DNA of 32,000 nt. Origin: Mucisphaera calidilacus. GTDB lineage: Bacteria > Planctomycetota > Phycisphaerae > Phycisphaerales > Phycisphaeraceae. Of the stretch, positions 8,958-17,416 are shown in pieces. The notes under the pieces are model-generated. The model ran no database searches, was not told the DNA's origin, and was given only the letters and a program-made list of their open reading frames with translations. Numbering within the stretch: the stretch's first letter is position 1; the number at the start of each line of letters is the position of its first letter. The DNA is taken from NCBI RefSeq assembly GCF_007748075.1, contig NZ_CP036280.1, positions 780,001-812,000 on the forward strand. The letters are read 5' to 3'. Made by a program: the position numbers and the translations under genes.

Positions 8958-9725
8958 ATGGGTTGTCGGAAAAAAGGGTTTACGCTCATCGAGCTGCTGG
9001 TTGTGATCAGCATCATCGGGTTGCTGCTGGCGATCCTGCTGCCGGCATTGTCGTCGGCGCGGCCGGTCGCCCGGCGGATGCAGTGCATGAGTCAGCTTCG
9101 GCAGCTGGCGGTTGCGGAGCACGTCTATCACGAGGACTACAAGCGGTTCGCGCGGCTGTGGGCGGGTTCGGAGAGTGACGGCGAGGCGGAGTCGGTGACG
9201 CTGGTCTCCCCGCTGCAGGATTATCTGGGTGCGGACGGCGAGGCGATGTGGTCGCTGACCGAGGCCGGTTCCATCATGCACTGCCCCGAGGTGGAGCCCG
9301 AGGATTTTGCGGACCTGCTGACGCGCGGGTTTGTGCCTTACCCGGGCGAGCAGATCTCGTCGTACGGCATCAACGGCGCGATGTACTTCGATCGCTGGGG
9401 CTTCACCCGTGACGTCGTGCCGGATCCGGCGGGGACGATCCTGCTGGGCGATCAGGCGCTGGAGCCTTTTGAGCGGATGGTGACGTCGGACGGCATCTAC
9501 GTGAAGCCGGGGGGCTATGTCCGCTGGGCGCGGATCGGCAACCACACGCCCGAGCGTGGCTACCGGCATCAGATGGCGGGGGCGAACATGGTGTTTGTGG
9601 ACGGTCACGCGGCGCCGATCGAGCACGACGCGTTGGCCCATGCCGAGGGCTTGTGGCACTGGTGGGACGCGGAGCAGGACCCGTGGGACGCGACGGGTGA
9701 GGATCGGTGCGCCTGCCAGAAGTGA
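8958..9725 (+). CDS. Type II secretion/type IV pilin-like pseudopilin with a prepilin-type N-terminal cleavage/methylation domain and a DUF1559 (H-X9-DG) domain
   Basis: GGAG lies upstream of ATG 8958. The N-terminus is [31 protein letters not shown], with the G|FTLIEL prepilin peptidase site. The C-terminal [14 protein letters not shown] matches the H-X9-DG signature. Confidence 0.9.
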   Translation: MGCRKKGFTLIELLVVISIIGLLLAILLPALSSARPVARRMQCMSQLRQLAVAEHVYHEDYKRFARLWAGSESDGEAESVTLVSPLQDYLGADGEAMWSLTEAGSIMHCPEVEPEDFADLLTRGFVPYPGEQISSYGINGAMYFDRWGFTRDVVPDPAGTILLGDQALEPFERMVTSDGIYVKPGGYVRWARIGNHTPERGYRHQMAGANMVFVDGHAAPIEHDALAHAEGLWHWWDAEQDPWDATGEDRCACQK

Positions 9726-9757
9726 GGGCGGGACCGGTTCCGGGTTAAACTCTGAGC

Positions 9758-11890
9758 ATGGCGCGTCGACGAGCGAAGATTACATACGGCCGGGCGTGGG
9801 TGACGTTCGTCGTAGCGGCGCTGTCGGGTGTCGCGGTGGTCCTGCTGCACTGGGCCGAGCCGCGGTTCCTGACGCCGATCGAGCAGTACAACTACGACAT
9901 CCTCATCCAGCAGCGGGGGGAGGTGCCGGTTATCGACGACCGATTGGTGTTGCTGGGGCTCGACAACGGCGACACGGACTTCTTCAACGGCCTGCGCGAT
10001 CTCTACTTTTCGGATAATCAGGATGACCGGGATGAGCTTGCGGAGATGTTCGGCGGGCGGACGCTGCCGGCCGAGCTGATGGCCAGGGACAGCAGCACGC
10101 AGACCGAGTTGCTGCGTCTGGTGCACGGCCGCTTCATGGAGGTGTGCGCGGAGATGGGCGTGGCGGCGGTGGTGTGGGACGTCGCCTTTGACAGCCCCCG
10201 TAGCCCGGACATCGACGCGATCTTCATGAACGGGTTGCGTGGTGTGCCGAGTTTCCTCGCGGTCGAGGGTCGCGTGGTGCAAGAGAAGGGTGACGCTTCG
10301 GCGTCGGGCCGGTCGGGGCGCGCCGTGGAAGTGCGTGCGTTGGTGGAGCGTTACCGTGTCGGTTCGCCAACCGACGTCGCTGACTTGTGGCCCGTGCCCT
10401 ATTTCCGCGTCGGCGAGCTGAGGCCTCACGCGCCGATCATGGCTTCGGCGACGGGTGGCGGTCACGTGGCTTACACGCTGGAGTCGGATGGCGTCATGCG
10501 GCGCACGCCCGTGCTGACCAACGCCAACAACCGGCTGTTCCCGTCGCTCCCGTTCGCTGCGGCGCTGCGTGCGCTGGACCCGCAGGGTTCGGGCGCGACG
10601 GCGGAGCGGATCCAGCGCGACGGCCGGAGCATCGTGATCCCGCTCGAAGAGGGTGAGCGGCGCATCCCGCTGGACGAGGAGGGGCGGATGCTGATCAACT
10701 TCTTCCCCGACTGGTTCGAGCGGGCCGAGGTCCGTTCCTACTACAAGGTCTGGGAGGATGTGGCTGCGTGGCCGGAAGACTTCGCGGCGACGTATCGGGG
10801 CAAGGTGCTGGTCATCGGCGAGACGGCTTCCTACACCAACGATCTTGTCACGACGCCTCTTGACTACGACCTGCCGGGCGTGATGGCGCTCACGAGCGCG
10901 ATGAATACCATTGTTACCGGCGCGTTCATCTCGCCGACGCCGAGGTGGGTGGTGTCGGGCCTGACGGTGCTGATCGGCCTGGTGCTGGGCGGTGTTTTTC
11001 TCGTCCGCAGTCTCTGGTTGTCGGTCGTGGTGACGGCGGCGGTCGGCGTGTCGCTGGTGGTGGCGAGCCCGGCGCTCTTCTGGTCGTCGAACGCGATCTT
11101 CTTCCCGGTGGCGCTGCCGCTCATCACGACGCTGATCGCGGCCACGGCGGCGACGCTGGCGGCGCTGAGTCGTGCCTATCGCTGGGCGACGCGGCTCTCG
11201 ACCGTGCTGAGTCGTCTGGTTTCGCCGGCGTTGCTGGAGGAGTTGTACAAGCACGGGATCACGCGTCGTTCGCTGGCGCCGGTTCGTGCTGAGATCACGG
11301 TGTTGTTCGTGGACATCGCGGGTTTCACCTCGCTCTCGGAGGTCGTGGAGCCGGAGGAGTTGTCGGAGTTCCTGACCGTGTGGTACGAGGAGGCGATGGC
11401 GGTGCTGGTGGAGAATCACGGCACGCTGGACAAGTTCCTCGGCGACGGGGTTCTGGCCTACTTCGGTGCCCCCGAGCCGCTGGAGGACAAGGTTGCCTGG
11501 GCGGCACGGGCTGCCATCGGATTGCAGGAGCGTTTCGACGCGATCTCGGACAGGCTCAGTAAATCCCGCAAGACCCTCAGGATCCGCGCAGGGCTCTGTA
11601 CCGGTTATGCGACCGTCGGCTACCTCGGCGGCGACCGGTTCGCGGCCTACACGATCCTCGGCAGGGCGGTGAACATGGCGGCGCGGCTGGAGCAGAACTG
11701 CGTCCCGGGACAGGTCACGATCGAGAAGAAGACCTGGGCACACCTGGAGGGGCGGTTTGTGATGGAGCCGCTGGAGCCGATCGTGGCGAAGGGGATCGAC
11801 CGGCCGATCGAGGCGTGGCGGCTCGTGCGTGAAATGACGCCGGATGAACGGCTTGGGGAAACCGCCGATTCAGATTCCGCCTCAGTTTGA
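9758..11890 (+). CDS. Membrane-bound class III adenylate/guanylate cyclase with an extracytoplasmic CHASE2 sensor domain
   Basis: The protein has an N-terminal TM helix, a periplasmic region of about 330 aa, and a cluster of three TM helices (about residues 390-470). The cyclase core follows: ITVLFVDIAGFTSLSE, LDKFLGDGVLAYFGAP and ILGRAVNMAARLEQ. Confidence 0.85.
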   Translation: MARRRAKITYGRAWVTFVVAALSGVAVVLLHWAEPRFLTPIEQYNYDILIQQRGEVPVIDDRLVLLGLDNGDTDFFNGLRDLYFSDNQDDRDELAEMFGGRTLPAELMARDSSTQTELLRLVHGRFMEVCAEMGVAAVVWDVAFDSPRSPDIDAIFMNGLRGVPSFLAVEGRVVQEKGDASASGRSGRAVEVRALVERYRVGSPTDVADLWPVPYFRVGELRPHAPIMASATGGGHVAYTLESDGVMRRTPVLTNANNRLFPSLPFAAALRALDPQGSGATAERIQRDGRSIVIPLEEGERRIPLDEEGRMLINFFPDWFERAEVRSYYKVWEDVAAWPEDFAATYRGKVLVIGETASYTNDLVTTPLDYDLPGVMALTSAMNTIVTGAFISPTPRWVVSGLTVLIGLVLGGVFLVRSLWLSVVVTAAVGVSLVVASPALFWSSNAIFFPVALPLITTLIAATAATLAALSRAYRWATRLSTVLSRLVSPALLEELYKHGITRRSLAPVRAEITVLFVDIAGFTSLSEVVEPEELSEFLTVWYEEAMAVLVENHGTLDKFLGDGVLAYFGAPEPLEDKVAWAARAAIGLQERFDAISDRLSKSRKTLRIRAGLCTGYATVGYLGGDRFAAYTILGRAVNMAARLEQNCVPGQVTIEKKTWAHLEGRFVMEPLEPIVAKGIDRPIEAWRLVREMTPDERLGETADSDSASV

Positions 11891-11996
11891 TTCGAGGATT
11901 CGGCGGATCGTTTCTTACTCTATACTCCGCACAAGGTGGTGATCCCGGGAGCGGGACGAGGTCGTGCGATGTGATGACATCGCCACGGAGAAAGAG

Positions 11997-13922
11997 ATGC
12001 GTGACACCAGCGGTCATGGTGCGCCTGCCGATCGGGGGCGGTTCGAGGCACTCGAATCTCGTGTTTACTTCTCGGCGATGCCGCTCGAATCGTTTGTCGA
12101 GGCGCACGGCCCGGGGTGCTGCTGCGGTTGTCACGGCCCGAGTGACGCCAGCGATCTGACCGCTCTGCACACACACGCCGAGGACGATCTGATCCGACTC
12201 CCGGGCGGGTACGAGATCTTCCACGACTCCGCGCCGACCGCCGACGAGATCGCGGCGGTGACACAGGTCGATGCGCTGCTGAGTGTTCCGGTTTACGAAG
12301 GGGCCACGTTCGGCCTCGCCTCGGTGCCGATGCTGAGCAGCCTGCCGTCGTCGGACATGACGATCTACCTCGACTTCAACGGCCACACGACGACGGACTC
12401 GCGCTGGAACCTGATGTATCAGGGTGGGGCTGACTTCACGACGCCCGCTTACTCCACAGACGGCGACACGCAGTCCTTCAGCGACACAGAGTTGAGCAGG
12501 ATCGAAGCGATCTGGGGCCGGGTGGCCGAGGACTTTGCGCCGTTCGACGTCAACGTCACGACGGTGGAGCCGGAACCGGACGACCTGATCAAGAGCGGCG
12601 CCTACGACGACCGCTGGGGCTTGCGTGTGGTGATCGGCGGCGGGAGCCACGACTGGTACCGATCGGCGGGTCAGTCGGCGGCGGGCGGTGTGGCCTACGT
12701 CGGCTCGTTCGACTGGGACGAGGACGCGCCGGTCTTCGTCTTCGAGAACGAACTGGCCAACGGCAACGAGAAGTACACCGCCGAGACGATCTCGCACGAG
12801 GTCGGGCATGCGCTGGGCCTGCGTCACCATGGCACGGCCGGAGCTGAGTACTACACGGGGCACGACGACTGGGCCCCCATCATGGGCAACAGTTTCTACA
12901 AGAGCGTGACCCAGTGGAGCCAGGGCGAGTACGCGGGCGCCTCACGGCCCGGCCAGGACGACGTGGCGATCATCGGCGGGGGGCAGGAGGGCGTCGTTGT
13001 CCGTGCTGATGATTACGGCGACACGATCGCCGAGTCCTTCAGTCTCGGCACCGGCGAGGTGATGGTTGAGGGTGTGATTACGACCCGCACGGATGTCGAT
13101 CTCTTCCGGATCGACGCTGGCGACGGCACGCTCAGCGTTGTCGTGGATGCGCTGGGGGTGCAGCCGAACCTGAACATCGGCCTGCGTCTTTATGACGCCG
13201 AGGGCTTGGAACTGCTCGCGGTAGCGCCTGGCGACTCGATGGACGCGTCACTCGTGTACCCGGTGACCGAAGGGGTCTACTACCTGGAGGTGGATGGCGT
13301 TGGGACGGGTGACGGGGTCTCGGGCTATACGGACTACGGCAGCATCGGCTCCTACCAGCTGACCGCGTCGGTGCCGGAGGTCGTCATCCTCGGCGACTTC
13401 ACCGGCGACGGCATGGTTGATGCCACGGACATCGATACGCTCAACCACGCTCTTGCCACGGGATCGGCCGATGCCCTCTTTGATCTCGACGCCGATGGTT
13501 TCGTCGACAGCAACGACATGGACTATCTCGTCGAGGTGGTGCTCGGCACGAGCGTCGGCGACGCGAACCTCGACGGCGTTGTGAATGCCCTCGACCTGAG
13601 CACGCTGGCCTCGGCGTTCGGGCGGAGCACGACGGGCTGGGCTCAAGGCGACTTCAATGCCGACGGCACGGTGACGCTGGTCGACCTCTCGCTGCTGGGA
13701 TCGAACTGGGCCGGAGGCGATGAGGATGTCGCGGCCATGGCACAGGTGGCCACGGCGCAGACGCAGGCGGTGACGGTGGCGGACGCTCAGCGTGTCACCG
13801 GCCAGCACCAGAATCATCAGCAGCAGGTCGGCAATCAGCGTGCCTCCCTTCGAGCGTCGATGTGGCTGCAAGACGACCTGGAAACGGAGTCGCTCTTCGG
13901 GTTGTGGCGGGGCGTTGCCTGA
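11997..13922 (+). CDS. Secreted zinc metalloprotease (metzincin, reprolysin/M12B-like) with a PPC pre-peptidase C-terminal domain and two dockerin-type (EF-hand-like) repeat pairs
   Basis: GGAG lies 6 nt before ATG 11997 (the track start is GTG 11964). The zinc site is TISHEVGHALGLRHHG (HExxHxxGxxH), with a Met-turn at APIMG. The PPC-like region is DDYGDTIAE...DVDLFRIDAGDG...YYLEVDG...YQLT. The dockerin-like repeats are GDFTGDGMVDATDID / DLDADGFVDSNDMD / GDANLDGVVNALDL / GDFNADGTVTLVDL. The N-terminal FEALESRVYFSA motif is common in planctomycete secreted proteins. Confidence 0.85.
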   Translation: MRDTSGHGAPADRGRFEALESRVYFSAMPLESFVEAHGPGCCCGCHGPSDASDLTALHTHAEDDLIRLPGGYEIFHDSAPTADEIAAVTQVDALLSVPVYEGATFGLASVPMLSSLPSSDMTIYLDFNGHTTTDSRWNLMYQGGADFTTPAYSTDGDTQSFSDTELSRIEAIWGRVAEDFAPFDVNVTTVEPEPDDLIKSGAYDDRWGLRVVIGGGSHDWYRSAGQSAAGGVAYVGSFDWDEDAPVFVFENELANGNEKYTAETISHEVGHALGLRHHGTAGAEYYTGHDDWAPIMGNSFYKSVTQWSQGEYAGASRPGQDDVAIIGGGQEGVVVRADDYGDTIAESFSLGTGEVMVEGVITTRTDVDLFRIDAGDGTLSVVVDALGVQPNLNIGLRLYDAEGLELLAVAPGDSMDASLVYPVTEGVYYLEVDGVGTGDGVSGYTDYGSIGSYQLTASVPEVVILGDFTGDGMVDATDIDTLNHALATGSADALFDLDADGFVDSNDMDYLVEVVLGTSVGDANLDGVVNALDLSTLASAFGRSTTGWAQGDFNADGTVTLVDLSLLGSNWAGGDEDVAAMAQVATAQTQAVTVADAQRVTGQHQNHQQQVGNQRASLRASMWLQDDLETESLFGLWRGVA

Positions 13923-13929
13923 ACCGCTG

Positions 13930-13958
13930 TTGACGGGAGCTATCGGGCGGTCATAGCC
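13930..13958 (+). promoter_or_regulatory. Possible sigma70-like promoter for the downstream PLP-enzyme gene (TTGACG, 16-17 nt spacer, CATAGC/ATAGCC)
   Basis: The hexamers were read by eye in the 61-nt intergenic region. The -10 element is weak, and the promoter consensus for this lineage is not established. Confidence 0.2.
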
Positions 13959-13978
13959 TCCTCAGACCAAGCTGGAGG
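13957..13978 (+). promoter_or_regulatory. Small hairpin pairing an anti-SD CCTCC (13957-13961) with the GGAGG Shine-Dalgarno (13974-13978) of the gene starting at 13984
   Basis: CCTCC(TC)AG - loop ACCAAG - CTGGAGG gives 7 bp with a 2-nt bulge. This was read directly from the sequence. Confidence 0.25.
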
Positions 13979-13983
13979 ATGCT

Positions 13984-14982
13984 ATGCAACTGCTCGACAC
14001 GCCCCGATTCCGTCTCGCTCAACTCCCGACACCTCTGGTTCCTGCGCCACGCTTCTCCGAAGCGCTGGGCGGGCCGACGATCTATCTCAAGCGTGACGAC
14101 CTCACCGGGCTCGCGGGCGGCGGCAACAAGACGCGCAAGCTGGAGTACAGCGTCGGTCGAGCGTTGGCCGACGAGTCGACCGACCTGATCACCGAGGGTT
14201 CGATTCACTCGAATCACTGCCGTCAGACGGCGGCGGCGGCGCGGGCCGCGGGGTTGCGGTGCCACCTGGTGCTCAACACGCCTGAGGTCCCGGATGTGCC
14301 GCAGGGCAATCTGCTGATCGATCGTTTGCTCGGTGCGACGTGTCACTACGTCGCGACCGGTGCCGAGCGTCGCCCGCAGATGGAGGCGATCGCCGGGCAA
14401 CTGCGTGACGAGGGGCGTCGGCCGATGATCATCCCGACCGGCGCGTCCGACGCGATCGGGGCGCTGGGCTACGCGGCCATGGCACTCGAACTCCAGCATC
14501 AGCTCTGGCAGACCGGGCTCATGCCTGACTGGATCTACACGCCGTCGTGCAGCGGGGGCACGCACGCGGGGATGCTTGTCGGGCAGGCGTGGTACGGGCT
14601 GGAGGTGCCGATCCGGGCCGTGCTCGCGGCGGGCAAGGCCGATGAGGAGGTCCGGTTCATCCGTGATCTGGCGGCAGAGACCGCTGTGAAAGCGGGACGG
14701 CCGGTCGAGTTGGCCGAGGACGTGGTGCGGTGTGACAACACCCAGGTCGGGCCGGGGTATGGCATCGCGACCGAAGCGTGTCTGGAAGCGATCCGCCTGC
14801 TCGGTGAGACCGAGGGTGTGCTGCTCGATCCGGTCTACAGCGGGAAGGCGATGGCGGGATTGATCGCCGACGTGCGTTCGGGCCGGTGCGCAGGGGGTGA
14901 GACGGTGGTCTTCGTGCACACCGGCGGCCAGATGTCGCTGGGCGGCAAGGTCGATCAGCTCGAACCGCTCTGGCGAGAGTGA
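13984..14982 (+). CDS. PLP-dependent D-cysteine desulfhydrase / 1-aminocyclopropane-1-carboxylate deaminase family protein
   Basis: The family signature DDLTGLAGGGNKTRKLEY is present, including the PLP-binding Lys. The fold-type II pattern continues with SNHCRQTA and a C-terminal VFVHTGG. Confidence 0.85.
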   Translation: MQLLDTPRFRLAQLPTPLVPAPRFSEALGGPTIYLKRDDLTGLAGGGNKTRKLEYSVGRALADESTDLITEGSIHSNHCRQTAAAARAAGLRCHLVLNTPEVPDVPQGNLLIDRLLGATCHYVATGAERRPQMEAIAGQLRDEGRRPMIIPTGASDAIGALGYAAMALELQHQLWQTGLMPDWIYTPSCSGGTHAGMLVGQAWYGLEVPIRAVLAAGKADEEVRFIRDLAAETAVKAGRPVELAEDVVRCDNTQVGPGYGIATEACLEAIRLLGETEGVLLDPVYSGKAMAGLIADVRSGRCAGGETVVFVHTGGQMSLGGKVDQLEPLWRE

Positions 14983-15055
14983 TCTGTGTTCACAAGGGAT
15001 TCTAGGGGCAGGCGATCGAGTGCCGATAACAACTGTAGTCTGCACGGAGTCTGTC

Positions 15056-17416
15056 ATGGCGGCACTGACCGCGAAACCACAACCCGAGGCAACGCCTGTT
15101 GATGCAGAACAGATCCGCGCATACCTGGAGCGCGGCCGGACGCTGCTCGCCGCGCGCAAGCTGATCGAGGCAGGGGCAGATGATGAGGGACTGCTCCGCG
15201 AGACCGCCGAGCAGCTCGTGCGTCAGGCACGGTGGGACAAGGCGGCCCAGCTCCTTGAACGCATCACAAGTCCCTCGGACGCCGACCGACTGACGCTCAA
15301 CCTCAGCCGGAATCTCAAGGCGTTTCGTCAGCATCACCCCGATGCTTATCAGCGGCTCTTCAGCACGCCCCCCCAGACGCGGTGCCGCATCGTGCGCCAG
15401 CCGGGCGGTGCGCAGGCCGTCGAACAGAAACTGCCCGACGACCGCGTTCTCCTCACGGGCCTGGATCACACGCCCGAGCAGCAGGTCGGCCGTATCCGCT
15501 CAGAGGCGGAGGAACTGGTCGCGTCGACGCGGCCGATCGCGGTGCTCTCGGTCCGTGATGGGCACGTCCTGGACTGGATCGCGCGTCGGATCAGCGAGGA
15601 GGACGTGCAAGTCGTGGGGGCCGCGCCGCGCGAGATCTCCGCGGTCTATGTGTTCGAGTCTTGCCCGGAGGTCCTCGTTCAGACCCTGATGATTCATGAC
15701 TGGCACCGGCCCGGTTCGCCGATCACCTCGGGCTGGTTCTACTGGTTCCTCGGTCCCGATGCCGTCGACCAGTACCAAGCGCTGACCGATCAACGACCGA
15801 TGCTGCCGACGCCGATCGGCACCTTCTCGCTGACGGCCATGGGCGCTGCGATCGGCGAGAAGCTCCAGCAGGTGCAGGACGCGCGTGACGCCGAGGTCCG
15901 CCGGCTGGAGAAACAGGTTCTCGAGCACGCTCGCCGGTGCACGCGTGAGTCACTGCTGGACGTGCTGGGCGAGAACCCGTCGCGCCCGCCGCGCCTGCTG
16001 GCGGTGACGTCGCTTTTCACGACGGTGTTGCAGTACGCCACCGACGACCTCGCCGAGGCCTTCCGGGAACTCGGCTGGGAGGTCGAGATCCTCAAGGAAC
16101 AGCACCGTGACGATCGTGTCCGCTACATCGACACCTGGCGTCGCATCATTCGCTTCAAGCCGGACCTGATCTTCATGATCGACCACAACCGGTCGGAGTT
16201 TGGCGACCTGCTGCCCGAGCCTATCCCCATGGTGAACTGGATCCAGGACCACCTGCCCTCGCTCTGCAACCGCGATGCGGGCACGAAAGTCGGCCCCCGC
16301 GATTACGTGCTGACGATGAGCCGGCCGACGTTTGTGGAGCGGTTCGGTTATCCCGACCGGCAGTGCATCGATTTCGGCAAGCTCAGCCGTCCGCCGCAGA
16401 TCCCCGAGCAGGAGCAGACGGACGGGCCCGACCTGCTGTATGTGTCCAACGCCTCGGCCCATGGCGAGACGCTGATCGAGCAGATGCTTGCGCAGATGGC
16501 TCAGTCGGATCTTTTTGGCGACATGATGATCAAGGCGGCCCGGGCCCTCATGGAAGTCTACGAGCAAGGCGGTGTCATCGAGAGCACGCAGGAGGTCGGT
16601 CGGATCCTCGACGCAGCGACCGAAAGCGAGGGGCTGCGTTCGACAAATTCTGACGCTCGCACACAACTGCTGAATCTGCTCTGGCTGCCCGTGAACGATG
16701 CGCTCTACCGCCAGCAGGGCCTGGTGTGGGCCGCCGACATCGCCGATGACCTCGGCCTGAGTATGGCGATCTACGGCAGAGGCTGGGAGGACCACCCGCG
16801 CCTGGGCCGCTACGCCAAGGGGCCGGTCCGCTACGGCGAGGACCTCGAGAAACTGACGCGTAGCGCCGCCATCAACCTGCGTCTCGAACCCTACCCCACA
16901 CTCGCGCATCAGCGGATGATCGACGGCCTGCTCGCGGGGGGGTTCTTCCTCTCGCGGACGTTCGGCCCCGGCCGTCTCTTCTCAGAGCTGATCGCACGGG
17001 TTGACCGGCACGCGTCGCCGGGCCTGAGCACACTTCGTGAGGCGCGCGAGCAGATCGCGCCCGAGCATCGCGACGATTTCGAGCGGCTCGTGGCGGCGTG
17101 CTGTGCCTGCTACGACGAGGCGGAGGGATGGGACCCGGTCGCGGCGGGGCGGATCAGCCAATCGATCGGCGTGCTGAAGCCCGGGGGCGAGATCCTGCCG
17201 GATCACGGGGCGATTCATTTCGAGAACCGCGACGAACTGCGTGAGCGTGTCGAAAGTCTGATCCGGGATGCGCCGCAGCGTCACGCGATTCAGCGTCGCC
17301 AGCGCGACGCCGTTCTCCAATCCTTCAGCTACACCAGCGGCATGCGACGCGTGATCCGTGAGGTCCGCCAACGCATCGCCAGCGAGTCATCCTCCAGCCG
17401 GAGAGCGTGCGCATGA
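15056..17416 (+). CDS. Large (786 aa) putative glycosyltransferase with a CgeB-like (DUF3880 / Glyco_trans_1_2-like) C-terminal half and a helical N-terminal region of unknown function
   Basis: GGAG lies 7 nt before ATG 15056; the track start at 14897 would overlap the upstream gene. The middle and C-terminal segments RLLAVTSLFTT...FKPDLIFMIDHN...LLYVSNAS...MAIYGRGW...AINLRLEP...MIDGLLAGGFFLS resemble the CgeB/spore-maturation GT family. The N-terminal LNLSRNLKAFRQHHPDAYQRL resembles the start of Maf-type accessory glycosyltransferases. Confidence 0.45.
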   Translation: MAALTAKPQPEATPVDAEQIRAYLERGRTLLAARKLIEAGADDEGLLRETAEQLVRQARWDKAAQLLERITSPSDADRLTLNLSRNLKAFRQHHPDAYQRLFSTPPQTRCRIVRQPGGAQAVEQKLPDDRVLLTGLDHTPEQQVGRIRSEAEELVASTRPIAVLSVRDGHVLDWIARRISEEDVQVVGAAPREISAVYVFESCPEVLVQTLMIHDWHRPGSPITSGWFYWFLGPDAVDQYQALTDQRPMLPTPIGTFSLTAMGAAIGEKLQQVQDARDAEVRRLEKQVLEHARRCTRESLLDVLGENPSRPPRLLAVTSLFTTVLQYATDDLAEAFRELGWEVEILKEQHRDDRVRYIDTWRRIIRFKPDLIFMIDHNRSEFGDLLPEPIPMVNWIQDHLPSLCNRDAGTKVGPRDYVLTMSRPTFVERFGYPDRQCIDFGKLSRPPQIPEQEQTDGPDLLYVSNASAHGETLIEQMLAQMAQSDLFGDMMIKAARALMEVYEQGGVIESTQEVGRILDAATESEGLRSTNSDARTQLLNLLWLPVNDALYRQQGLVWAADIADDLGLSMAIYGRGWEDHPRLGRYAKGPVRYGEDLEKLTRSAAINLRLEPYPTLAHQRMIDGLLAGGFFLSRTFGPGRLFSELIARVDRHASPGLSTLREAREQIAPEHRDDFERLVAACCACYDEAEGWDPVAAGRISQSIGVLKPGGEILPDHGAIHFENRDELRERVESLIRDAPQRHAIQRRQRDAVLQSFSYTSGMRRVIREVRQRIASESSSSRRACA

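Noticed and set aside
8654-9659. - strand ORFs 8654-9088 (144 aa) and 8787-9659 (290 aa)
   Set aside because: They are antisense to, or overlap, the well-supported pseudopilin gene and the intergenic region. Their products are Arg/Pro-rich with no motifs.
9605-11743. 712-aa - strand ORF antisense to the CHASE2 cyclase gene
   Set aside because: This is the same GC-driven artefact. The sequence is Arg/His/Pro-rich with no domains, whereas the sense strand encodes unmistakable cyclase motifs.
14897-15055. Extended N-termini offered by the ORF track: 528 for the isomerase, 1440 for tpsB, 11964 for the protease, 14897 for the CgeB-like protein, 19399 for the second GT2, 20468 for the methyltransferase, 21195 for the GT-like protein, 27659 for the crtI-family gene and 26799 for DUF2256
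   Set aside because: Each extension overlaps the preceding gene or an intergenic region and encodes Arg/Ser/Pro-rich junk. In each case an internal ATG or GTG with a Shine-Dalgarno-like purine run, or a stop-start overlap, gives a sensible N-terminus.
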